Shown piece after piece: positions 40,201 to 52,300 of a DNA stretch of 64,000 nucleotides. Numbering within the stretch: the first letter of the stretch is position 1; every line of letters starts with the position of its first letter. Made by a program: the position numbers and the translations under genes. This stretch comes from Tubiluchus corallicola (taxonomy: Eukaryota; Animalia; Priapulida): NCBI GenBank assembly GCA_030141605.1, contig JAQGDQ010000037.1, positions 558,001-622,000 on the forward strand. Reading direction: 5' to 3'. The notes under the pieces were generated by a model. That model was given only the letters and a program-made list of their open reading frames with translations, was not told where the DNA came from and did not search any database.

Positions 40201-43200
40201 TAATTATTACCTTACTTACTGTGCATCTAACCCGAAATATCCAGCTTGATCTAATTTGCGGGAGTACTCGGCACACCTGTTTGTTCATACACACAGCCTA
40301 CACCCAGTTTAAATAATGGTACAGTAACATCATAGTGCTCTGCATACTGTGTTTGTTACTACAAATTTGCTGTTCCTTGCAAGTTTGTAAAATAAAAACT
40401 GATTCTTATAAGTTTATTTGCTATAAATAGATAAATACTGTAGTAACAAACATTTTTATTAATAAATAAATCAATACTCAGCAATAACCGTTCTGTTCAG
40501 TGTTCACAGTGCTCTGCTTTGTGAGGCCACTGGCTGTCTACTGTACTGCAGCTGTTAATTGCCACTTCCTAACGTGACGTCACAGCACTGAGTGCCATAG
40601 CAGGCAATAATATTTGTGACAGTACCAACGGCGCTTAATTTAAGTTACCATATCACGTTGCCAAAGCATGCATCAAAACTGTCTTAAAAATTAGGAAATA
40701 TGTAATTCTGCCTACGCTTCAAAAGAAAATAACATAAAAAAATAGTGTCATAGGATCTTTTAAATGAGTAGGTCTATGTTTTTAAGCTGATCAGGCCTAT
40801 AATCTATGTTGATTCACCAGGTTCAGTTAGGGATCCGGACACTTCTTCTCAGAAATGGATTTCTGAATTTTAAGCAAGCTTGTGAGTGTGGGTCTGTGCC
40901 CATGCAAATTCCAGATTCTGAGTTCTAATCCAGATACAATAACTTTGATAGATCTAAAAACGTGAAATTACTCTACCTAATTTAATTATTAATCCCATTA
41001 AACTGTTTTTCTTTTGTGCAGCTTTTCTTGTATGTATTTATTTTATGAACAAAAAGTGCAATAAAAGGCTTCTAGCCCCAGAAGTTCTTATGTCATTTCT
41101 CCATTCTCAGTTGTTGCACAAGTCTTTAACATGATTGAACTGGAAATAAGTTTGTAAATAACCAAATTACAAGATTTGGCTTTCACTGGTGCTGCACTAT
41201 AGTTTGACAGGAATCACTGAATCGGCCTCAGATCTGAAGCAGGAGTAGAATATTTTCTACTTTGCACTAGGAACCGTAGTTGGGCAACCGATCTATGAAC
41301 CAATTTGATTTAAATTTGATGAACATCGATCTGTCCCATCCCTAAACATTGAATTACAAGATCTTTCACTGATGCTGGAGTATAGTTTGACAGGAATCAC
41401 TGAATCAGCCTCAGATCTGAAGCAGGAGTAGAATATTTTCTACTCTGCACCAGGAACCGTAGTTGGGCAACCGGTCTATGAACCAATTTGATTTAAATTT
41501 GATGAACATCGATCTGTCCCATCCCTAAACATTTCTTCCATTTTGTGAAGTTTAAGTAACTGAGCCAGTTTCTTTAAGTGCAAAGTGATACCTTTTTGAG
41601 TACAACACAGTTTATGTGGAACAGCTGTAAAACAGTGACTACGTATGTCAAAGCAGCAATCTTATAAACTAATTTAAGTTACTTTTTATCGTTAATACTC
41701 AGTGCAATCAGATCTGCTTAATTAATACAGAATTAGTTAGCCTGGATTTCCAAATCAAATGACAACACCTGTTTATTACAAGTGAAAAATCGAGTGCATC
41801 TAATGTGTATTTTACTTCATTAACAGCAAGTTCTGTTTTCTAAAATATGAAGTTAAGCAGACTTAACTGTAATCAATTTGTCACACACAGAATATTGAAA
41901 CTTATGTAAGTTTCTCTAATTTGTCACTTGTAGATCAAGCAAAACTCATCAGTTCAGGTTTGGATACCATGCCATTCCAAGTATGAGGTAATTTTTTGCA
42001 TTTGAAATGCTTGCATTTCAGGTGCATCCCATTGGATAAAAAGTTTTTAGTGGATGATCTGAGTTTGTTTTTGCTTTGTTGTCTTGACAGTTGCAGCCGT
42101 TTGGTTTCATTTTACCGCTACGTAAATTAATTTGCTGTATAATAGTTCTTGGTGTAAGAGGAGTATCAGTTAAGCAGCATGGTAAAAAGTGATTAAAAAC
42201 TTGTTATGCATTTACTCTAAATTGACTTAATATTGCCACTTAAAATGTCTGATAGGATTATGCTCAATTATAAAATTGCCATTAGTAAAATAAACCAAAA
42301 TAATCACAAAAGTCTACCTTTTATGGCCATAAAAGCACACTCAGTGATGAGAAGAAAAATCTTACACTTCAAGGCTGTTAATCAGAAATGTTCAAGATGC
42401 CCAACAAAAATGTAAACCTCATAAAGCAGTCTACTTACTCTCTGTCATAGAATTTAATGAAACAAATTTTGTGTTCTTTTTAAACACTCTCTAGAATCAA
42501 GATGTTAAGAAAAAATTCAGAAAATACACAGATTTTCTTGAAATCTCAGATGTCTTTTTTTTTTGCTTTAGTCATGTTCACATGCATGTTATAAGTCAAG
42601 ATTTTAATTCTCCGTGTATGAAGACAAAGAAGCATTGGAATTCTTTCACCACTGAATACTTCATTGATTCCAAAGGTAATTTAGTAAAGTACCATGCTAA
42701 TTTTACAAACTGTCGCACAGTTGCTTTTTCTACGTGTTAAAACTATTGGATTGTGCAAGCAAAGATGTTCGTAAGTGAAATCAGTTTAAGCTGTTTATGT
42801 TCTCTAAACATACAGTGCGGTGCCCATGTTTGGGTCAATATTCCTTGAACGCCAGCCTCGCCATAATGCCAACTATTGCCCTGTTCCGATTTCCATAATA
42901 TATTAAATACTGCCAACCTCCCTTACTGCCATCCGCCAATGTATTTCTGTGCCAAAGTCTATTTTATATAATAATTTTACCCCATTATAACGTCAACCAA
43001 GATAAAATACAATGAATTGTTGCTAAAAAAACAGCCATTGTGTTGTAAAAACAATGATCTCTGAACAGAAAAACAATTATGGTGTTTAAATTAAGATTTA
43101 GGTCTTGTTGCAGGTGACTGTATGAAAATGAATGCTGAGGTTTCGAGCAAAGAACATGCATCTTAAGAGTACAAGAGTTGCATAGCTAAGGTTCAGCACT

Positions 43201-45090
43201 GAACTGATGTGAATTTAATGGCTGTAAAAGCTGTTTGACTGAAGGTCAAGTTATATGCGGCAGCTACTTATAGTCTTAATTATCTAGTAATGTTGCGTTG
43301 GGAGTGTAGGTGTGCTGCATATTTCTCTTATTAGGAGACAGCAGTATTTCACAAGATTGCTACTCCACATTGTGTTATCTAAAAGTTTTGCAACGCGCCG
43401 CCGTAGAACTACATCTGCATTAATTTTGTTAATACAGCAAAAATGTACAGTATAACATATGTATTGTTGTAGGTATAATAATATTATACTATTTATGACA
43501 TATTAAAATTAACTAGGAAACAAAATAGAGGTTACAAATTGGAATGGCTTTGATATTGAACCTTGTCTTACCACCAACCCTGCAATAGCGCCATATTTAG
43601 TGGTGTCCCAGACCTAGCGTTATAAGAGGTTTGATTGTGTAATTTAATATTGTTGTTGATAATGGATACCTTTGTACATAAGGAAAGTGCATGGCCGAGT
43701 GGTTACAGCCTTTACTGTCGACATGAGTGTTCTGGGTTTGAATCCAACTTAATTCAGGTTTTTTAGCTATTTACCACCCCCGATCAGAACTTTCTAATAC
43801 CCTTCCTTGGTCTAACTCAAATTGAAGCAGTTGGTCATGAAAGGCAGCCAAGCGATGGGTTACCACCTGTCCTTGTATACTGACTATTGAGGCCACAAAA
43901 ATGGACACTGTGACCTGTATCCCAATGCCAGAGGTGTCTAGCTTAGGACTATGAGTTAGTCCTTGTACATAGCACAAATATTCGTGTACGTAGTTGTAAG
44001 AATATCCATGGAAAAGGTTAACGAACAACCACAGAAAAGAGTTTACAAGCACGATTCTATCATCGTAATTGGGATGGTGTGTCAGAAAACTAATTTGCTC
44101 AAATGTCAGTATGATGTCGTTTAGCACTGGTTAGAGTCACCTGTGTTTCTTGTTTCTTACCATTGGTAATGCTGTTTATTACATGAGTTATTTGCTGCAT
44201 TAATATTTATTCTCTTCATTTCAGATATTATAAAGCAATTGGAAAATAATGGCAAAGTGTTTATAGATGGCACAAAAGCAGCTGAATTGCTTAAGCGGAA
44301 TTTGGTGTAAGTGTTTTGCTTTATAGGTTCATAACCTATAAGTGAAGTAGCTTTTGCATAGCGTCCTTCATGTGTGCTGTGTTAAACTTGAAGAATATAA
44401 GTTGTTGACATTTTTATTAGAAGTGGTTGAAAGTGTAACCCGGAAAAACCATTGGTCTTAGACAGAGTTTAGACATGTAGGTGACTGCATTTTATAGCTT
44501 ATAACCTATGTTGGGTTTCGTTATTTTTGTCATGACTACTAATTATTTCATAACTAAATTATTGATTACTGATTATTTTTAGCAAGGGTAGTCCCTTACT
44601 GATTACTCATTAATTTACTTTTGTGTGCTAGTTTGAGTGATGCTTCAGCAAAAAGTATGCATCTGTTTGGCTTTAGTGAAATCAGAGCATTGTTTCTGTG
44701 ATATGCCTAAATCTGTCACTAAATTCAGCCAGATATATTCAGTAAACATAATTCTTCTAATGTCAATACAAACTAGCTAGCATATTTTATTATTGTGGCA
44801 TTCATGTCGGCTTTCCCGAAGTCCACTTCTGGAAACATCTATATGCGACTTGTTATAGTTGTCAGAACAGTTAATCACTTACTCCAAACAGCTTTTAGTT
44901 TTTGTTCATGGAAATTAATTCAAAATATCTGAAGTACTGTGTTACAGATTTGACATATTTATCTGCATTAATGTTACTGTTTTCAATTTCTTTTAGGTGT
45001 CACGTTTGTAAAAAGGAACAAAAAACCATTCCTGCATTGAAGCTACATCTTCTCACACATGAAAACAAAGATGTGTCTACAGATAGTTAG
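37275..45090 (+). CDS. APTX: Aprataxin (HIT + C2H2 zinc finger DNA/RNA 5'-deadenylase) without FHA domain; 6 coding exons, about 219 aa
   Basis: Exons: 37275-37481, 39156-39274, 41934-41987, 42572-42675, 44225-44306, 44997-45090; 660 nt in frame. Motifs [70 protein letters not shown] (intact HxHxH), and CHVC...LKLHLLTH. The start could instead be 37320 or 37326. Confidence 0.93.
37815..38590 (-). mobile_element. Decayed LINE 3' end (L2/CR1-like) with (AATTG)n tail
   Basis: Minus-strand AATAAA followed by an AATTG-repeat tail at 37815-37842; weak broken ORF2-like peptide near 38500-38580. Confidence 0.4.
41165..41533. repeat. Recent tandem duplication, unit about 183 bp, ending in a hAT-like TIR (CCCATCCCTA)
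   Basis: Two nearly identical copies, 41165-41350 and 41352-41533. Confidence 0.9.
43265..43638 (-). mobile_element. Tigger-like MITE copy; inverted partner of 45361-45660
   Basis: CATATTTAGTGGTGTCCCAGACCTAGCGTTATAAGAGGTTTGATTG is the reverse complement of CAGTTAAGCCTCATTATAATGCCAGATCGGGGACACCACTAAATATG at 45361. Confidence 0.65.
43686..44100 (+). mobile_element. tRNA-derived SINE candidate
   Basis: Pol III A box TGGCCGAGTGG (about 43692) and B-box-like GGTTTGAATCC (about 43736); no complete cloverleaf; GC-richer body follows. The 3' boundary is approximate. Confidence 0.55.
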
Positions 45091-45360
45091 CCATGCAAGT
45101 CAATGGCAAACTTTATTTATTAACAGGTTGTTCATATCTTAATAATAAGTTTTCTTGTGGTGTTCTCGAATTGTTGATTTGCAATAATTTTGCTGGTATC
45201 ATTTTCTATAAATTTGGCATTCTCTAATCCATGAGCCTGCTCTCAAACAACAGGGTATTTAGTAGATGGTTGAGGTCGGAACCTATGTGATTATCAAGGA
45301 TAATCCTCTAACTTGATACTGTTCTAGCAGTGGTGTTTCAGCCAATTTTGAATGGATATA

Positions 45361-45660
45361 CAGTTAAGCCTCATTATAATGCCAGATCGGGGACACCACT
45401 AAATATGATGTTATAGCAGGATTTCCAGTAAGGTGAGGTTCAATAAATACCAAGCCATACTGCTGGGCAAGCTCGATTTTGTTTCCTGTAGTTAATTTTA
45501 GTATGTGAATACTTGTGTGAGATACTACACATTTTTGCTCAACAACGTGGAGAAGAAATCTTGTTAATATTGGTAATTAGCCAACTGCGGATTAGAGAAA
45601 TATATAGCTACGAGGTCCCGATGTAACGTTACTGGACAATTAAGACCATAATTAAATAGC
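45361..45660 (+). mobile_element. Tigger-like MITE copy downstream of the APTX stop codon
   Basis: TA followed by CAGTTAAGCCTCATTATAATG (pogo-type end); matches 43265-43638 in reverse orientation. Confidence 0.65.
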
Positions 45661-46031
45661 ACATAACTTGAGTCAAAGCAGTACAAATAGCAACTTTAAT
45701 GGCCTTCAAATGCATATAAGTTTAGTTCTTCTATTCCTACAATACTCCTTGCCCAAAACCTCAACATTCACTTTCATACGTTCACTTGGCATGAAACCTA
45801 AATCTTATTTAATGAACACCATAATGTCACCTATCCAGTCACTGACCAGGCATTGCTTAACTTTGATTGCTAAGCTCACGCTGTAATTGCTCCGGTTATC
45901 ACACTGTAACTACGTGTACTTGGGTGTTGTGAATAGCTAACCAAAAATGTCTCGTAAATCAGTTACAGGTGTATTTAAAACTCAAATTAACATGCAAATG
46001 TGACAAAAAGATAAATGCACACAAAAGGAAA

Positions 46032-46045
46032 AATAAAATTTTATT
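46032..46045. terminator. Palindromic poly(A) signal (AATAAA on both strands) between convergent APTX and NUP210
   Basis: AATAAAATTTTATT; about 310 nt past the NUP210 stop, with a U/GU-rich downstream tract on the minus strand. Confidence 0.55.
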
Positions 46046-46353
46046 GTCCATACACAATGTAAAAATATTGTTGACAGTTTTTCACACAAAATAAATTAAA
46101 CGTTTCACTCTATGAATTAAAATTTTACAACAAAATCAAGGTGTTTTTCTTACTTTACAGATCAACTGACAGTGATTATTTTGCACGATTTGTAATCAAG
46201 CTGCAAGGAGACTTGCAAAAACAGAAAATACAACAATTCTACACTGCATTTACAAATTTACAATAAATACAAGTATCACAAGTGACAGTTATTACAAACA
46301 ATGATAGTATACAACGGGTTTAATTTACAAATTACTAAATGGCATAACAAATG

Positions 46354-49300
46354 CTAGCGTAACTGATATGGTGACCTATTTAAAGGTGTTTGTCTTTGGT
46401 AAGGTGAACTAGCTTGAACTGGTTCATTACCCACGCTCCACAATTTAGATTTCGGAGATCCTTGAGCAGTAGGCGAAGATGCCCAAGGACTTGTAAATCC
46501 ATGTGGCAAAAAACTTGTTTCAGGCGACCCTACTGGACTGCCACGAGGTAAAAATACACCCGTGTGTACTGGTGCTTCATAATATCTAGGCATAGTTAAT
46601 CCTCTGTAACCTACATAACAAGCTGCAAGAGATATAAGTAACACAATTATTGTAAAGAACCATGTCACATAATTTTCAGCAATTACGTCAGCTAGTTTAG
46701 CCCAACCTACTGACTGATGAGAAGCAGGGACACAGTAATCTGCATCAGGCTTAGTTCCCATTAGCTTTACTTTCACAGGTACAATTTGATGCTGTTTTGT
46801 CAACGAAGACACAACATCAATGTGCACTTCTATATGAGACAAATGCCAGAGAGCAGGTGACTGTATAAGCCGCACTGGGTAGAATTTATTGGTGCGAACT
46901 TTCGGATCTTGCTGTTGTGGTAATATTTCAACTATAGAGCTATCACTAGATGTCACCTTCAGGTTTTCCATGACTCGATCCACTGCACTGACAGTAAACA
47001 TGGCCGTTGTCAATAAATCGCTCAAATGTATCTCATTTGGCAAAACGTAAAATGCTGGCACAAATGGTAAAGTCAGCAATGTCTCACTAACTTCTGGTTG
47101 CTTATCTTGCTTAGGTATTCTAACATGGAGTTCAACATTGGTGTCAAACGTGCTAATCGCTTGAACCAAATGGTCGGCTCTTACTTGAGAAATTAGACAT
47201 TCGTACACACGTGATTTGGTGTTAAACTTTGACTGCACTGAAAATAATTCTTCTGCACTGAAGTATTCACTGGATTCTGTGGTAAGTCTAAGCTTACACT
47301 GATATGGGACAAAAGCTGAGTGATCTGATAACGTGCAGTTGGTGCCATAAACATTGAATGGTTTTTTCTTGTCACTGGTAAGCAAGATGGGAATCGAAAA
47401 TGGTTCCTTCCGGGCCACATTCGTAAAAAAATCAAGACTATGTTGGAGTAATTTTACCGAAGAAATGGGTTGCACTTGTATTTTTGTGTAGGTAGCAAAA
47501 TCGGTTGGTGATGAAACTGTATATGCTACAAAACCATTTCCTATATTCACTGCTACTCCTACACCAGAATCTTTATCAAGACGCATAATGCCTTCTTCAG
47601 ACGACCATTGACCTTGGCGTCCTTTAGCAGAAACTACTGGCGAATGAAAGCAAACAATGTCTCCCAAGTTAATAGATAAACTGGCAGGTTCTATTGCATC
47701 ACCAACTAGCACATTTACATAATCTGCTTGACGCGGATTGTTTTCGTTATACACTTTTAGTATAGTTTCTCCTTTTCGGGTAGCATGGGCAATGTATGTC
47801 CCGTTTTCTGCACCAGGTGAAACCTGCAACAGATCATATCTATCTGGCCTGTATTTTAGAGCTATATTAGTTGTAATGAATTTCTGTCCAATATTATCGT
47901 GGTAACTGACAACAAAATAAGCTGTCATGCCGATGGGTAGGCTATACAGTGTTTGTTTGGTGGTGGTGTGCACGATAGACATTGAATTAATCATCAAGTA
48001 AGAAACTGGTTTCACTTTTACTCGAATAACCAATGTTTGGTTAATACCAAATGTCTCCCAAGCTGCTATTAAGATAGATGCTTCGCCAGTCTGAGAACCT
48101 GATGTAATTTTTCCAGCTTTATCAACAGTAGCAATTTCATTTTTACTAGATTCCATCGAGTCTTGTAAAATCTCGAAAGTTAGTTTAGCCACACTGTCTC
48201 TGTTGGTTTTCACATACGTTTCTGTATTGGGCGTGATTAGGATTTGGCTCGTACAGAGCTCAGGGCTGAATAAAACTAAACCCTCAAATATGCGAATTTG
48301 CACTTCATCTGTAAAGAAACGGGTACGGACATCACTTTCCATAGTCACTTCCAGTTTCAGTGTGATCCTTCCTTGTGCCTTAGCCCATAATCTCATAGCA
48401 AAATTATTTGTATCTGGTAAATAGATACCGCTAGGATAATAAACAGATCGAAGTACTGCAACTTCTCTGTTATTTACGTGCCAATGGAAAGTTAGTGGAG
48501 GCTTGACAGAAGAGAACGTCACAGGTGTGCCACTGTCAGTCAAGCCTATGGCATAAACAGGCATTTGAGTCCCTGTCTGCATTCTTGTGAGAGGCGCATA
48601 TATCCTTATTCCATCCAAATTGACAACATTTATGGTGATTTTGTCTTGCGAATAGATGCTACCTGTTTCTGTATCTACTGCTTTACCAACAAGTGAAGTT
48701 GAACCCAAACTGAGAGCTTCGATAATTCCAGCGGAGTCGACCGAACTAATTTTGCCATCTTGTATTGTAAATTCAATATAAGCTTGAGGCTGCGGGCCAC
48801 CTGTCGATGAAATTTGATATGTCGATGTGTGAAGCATTGTTACATTCCTAGGTTCTAATTTCAATGGTGGAAATACCTGTAATGGTTTAACTTTGCTGTA
48901 AATAACTTCACCTGTGTGCAAAGTAGTATAGGCAACTAAGGATGTATCACCGAGTAACAATCCCTTAACAGAATACATGAGTTTCGTTTTATCTTTCCCC
49001 AAATTTGTAGCCTGCCGTACTGAAATGATGTCATCAGCACTTTTAACGGTTAAATTCATCAAGCCAAAGAACTGTGCAGACAGGGAATGCATTGCAGAAT
49101 CCAGGATACTAACAGATGCAAGAACTTCGCTTTGAAGCTCTACTTTATCAATAACATTAAGCTCAACAGCTTTGACTCCAGACACGTGCACATCAGCAGT
49201 TGCCGATGGTGAAGACTCTAAACATAGATCAGTTACAGTTAACGTAAAACTTCCATCAACAACGGGCCATACACTAATTACACGGTTATCAATGTTTACC

Positions 49301-52300
49301 TTTGCTACTTCATGCTCCTGTGATCCCAGATCAAAGAAACTAGACCCTTTCTTAATCATCAGTGTAACTTTATTCGAGGGATGGTTAAATATGGAAATAT
49401 CTCCCGGCTCGATTAAAGCTTCCTGTACTAATGACAGTTGAAGCGAATGGCTTAATACTGGCTGAATATTTTGCTCATATAAAATGTTACCTGCTGTAAA
49501 ATAATCTTGTTTATATTTCTTAATTTTTGCTGTCACAGTGAGTAAGCCTTCTTTATTTTTTAAAACTAGTGTTTTCAAACTTCTGAACTGTTTCTGCCAA
49601 AATAATCCACTGCCTTCCTCTTTCAAGGAGCTGTCACTGTTTCCAATCTTTGCCAATAGATAATTATCCAATTCCCATTCAATTATCAGAGAAGAAAAAT
49701 TATCAAATTTGCGACCGTTTTGATCGTTTACAACAGCAAGGACATCAAAATTCCTATCACAAAGTATAGGTATGGCAGCATCTGTATCTGCTGCAATGGG
49801 ACAAGGTTGAATGTCAGTGCGAAGCCTGCTGATTAATGGTTCTAAATGCAAACTGACTGGTTTGGCGCAAACAAAATTAATAATAGCAGATGATACAGCT
49901 GGTAATGTATTTGTTGAAGAAGCATGATTTCCAACTGTCACCTTCAAAATCTGCTCTACAATTCCTTTGCAAAAGACAATAAACACGTGCAAATTTTTCT
50001 TTAAATCATATGCTTTGACTTGATGACTCGATAACAACTCGTTTTTATCGTAAGTCAGAATTCCGTATGAAGTGTTAGGTTGCAAAACCCAAGGCAATGG
50101 TCCTCCTTCGAACACAATATGCTTTGACGATCCAATAGTGACAACAGCAACCTGCTCTGGTTCAACTAATTTCAGCGGTTCATAGGCAGCAATTGTAATT
50201 ACACTGGAAAGGGTGACTCCATAGCTGTATTTCACAACAACTTCGGTATTACCCACCCGCAGAGCCTTAACAGATATTACAGCACAGCTGTCTTGAACCC
50301 TCTCATCCAGCAAATGTTCACCGGCAATGGAAACGTGTTGAAACACAGTAGTGTCTGTGATATGTATTTCAAAAGGAACTGCGTGACAATCATCAAATGT
50401 TATTGTTTGTTCCTCACCAACCAAAGTAACAGCTGTCATTGCAAGTGGCAGATGTAACACAGTGCCGACTTCTGCTTCTACTCTTTTCGGTAAAAACTTC
50501 AAATTGGTTGGTGGAAGCACATATATCTCACCATGGCCAATATGAGCTAGATGGCGCAAATCTGCAGCTGTTACAGTGGACATTCCCGGTCCCAAAGTTA
50601 CAAATTCCCCTTTCACATTTACTTGAACCACAGACGTGTTACCAGACGACCAGCTAAAGTTACCACTTCCTCCGGAAGCTTGCAATTTATACCTGTAACT
50701 GCCTCTTTTACTTGGCTCCCATGGAAATGCCAATCGAGGTGGCTTGATGACAATCGGTTCAAAGATTTCAACATCTTGTGTAGCTTGCACGGGTGGTGAA
50801 AGATCAACTGTTTTGCCATTGGTGTGAACTAAAGCCGATAAAGATGCTTGAATGGTGCTCACACCAACAGTTTTAGTATAAACATAATGATGTGTTCCAT
50901 TGTACGATGACTTCAAAACATTAAAGTGGGTTTCGGAAAACTTGGCTGTTATAACTAAATTGTCTGAAGGGTAAACACGGTGACTATCTCTATCGTATAT
51001 GTCGACTATGATGTTGTATTCACGGTGTGTCTCTAAAACCCATGCTTTACCTGGTAAAATTACAAAACCCAAATATGATGGGTTAACTACATAAATCATA
51101 GCCGTCGGGTGATGCATTAGCTCTTTGTCATTTATATTTCTATCTTTCAAAATTATTTCGGTGTTGCCAAAATCCATTCCAGTGACAGTGGATGATTCGA
51201 TGTCAAGATTAGCAATATTTGTATTAGACAGCTCCAGATAATACTGTGCAGACGGCATTGGTATCTGTTGTGGTCGACCTTGTTTAATTAATTCCACTTT
51301 ATATGATACATTTGCATATTGAAGAAGATACACATCATTGGCAGGATTCAGCATTAGATTAGCTACCACAATTAAACGAACATTCACAGAATTAACATGC
51401 TTATATTTCTTATGTCTAAGTTTGGTGCTTACTTTGGCAGAACCTGTCTTGATCCCCTCAACGAGTATCATATGACCCTGTTCGTCTAGTTTCTCTAACA
51501 TGCCTATATAAGGTGGCGTCTCGTAAGCAGACTCTTCAAACGTCAGAATCCTAAGAACACTATGGGCATGATCCTCATCGGAGCTTGATATTAAATTCCA
51601 CTGAAACGATAAACCTTCCAGGCTCGAAAAAGTGTCATTTTGATCATTAAATGCACGAACTTCAAATAACTCAGGTGCATCTTCTATGAAAAGTTCACGT
51701 GTTGTGGTAACAATTTCTAATCTGTGAATAGCATCGACTATTATGTCACATCTAAAAATTTGTCCAGTCACTGTTTCCTCTGCCAAAATAATGGTAGTCA
51801 TGCGACCTGGTTGTTTCCAAACAGCTGACACAATGGCTTGATTTGAGCAGGACTTACCGCTTTCCACATTTGCAGCATGCACTGTTGCTACCTGAAACAG
51901 AACAAATATGAAATCTTAGTATACAATCATAATATAGAAAAAACGTACTAAATAATTACTTGATTATAGTTTATAAATTTAACTGACCACTTAAGGAATT
52001 TACTTTGGTAGCGCATCTGTAAGCGAATGCCACTGCTGCTATTATTGCTATGTGACAACCGTAAAACCCGTTTTCACAGGATCAAAAATTACAGTAATCA
52101 AACTTGTGTTTACACGGGTAGCAAAAATCAGGCTGGGGTACCCTATTCTTTATACCCGTCGGGTACCCGATTGAAGTGAAGAAACTGTAATCATCTATAT
52201 TCACAAATAAAAACAACCACTGGTACATTTTAACTAACTGCACTGTTATGTTAAGAACAAGTATTCATTCATTAGCCTGACAAAGCCTGAACAAACGAGC

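Noticed and set aside
39780-40640. ETS (CCGGAAG) and CRE (TGACGTCA) motifs as an internal promoter in an APTX intron
   Set aside because: Short motifs expected by chance or from TE debris; no associated exon or ORF.
43686-43760. Functional tRNA gene
   Set aside because: A and B boxes are present but no acceptor stem or cloverleaf could be built; treated as a SINE head.
46270-46356. Stop-codon readthrough of NUP210 (TAG-CAT)
   Set aside because: Context does not match known strong readthrough motifs and the extension is featureless.
47193-50819. Short overlapping or antisense ORFs inside NUP210 exon 2
   Set aside because: Expected shadows of a long coding exon; no recognisable motifs.
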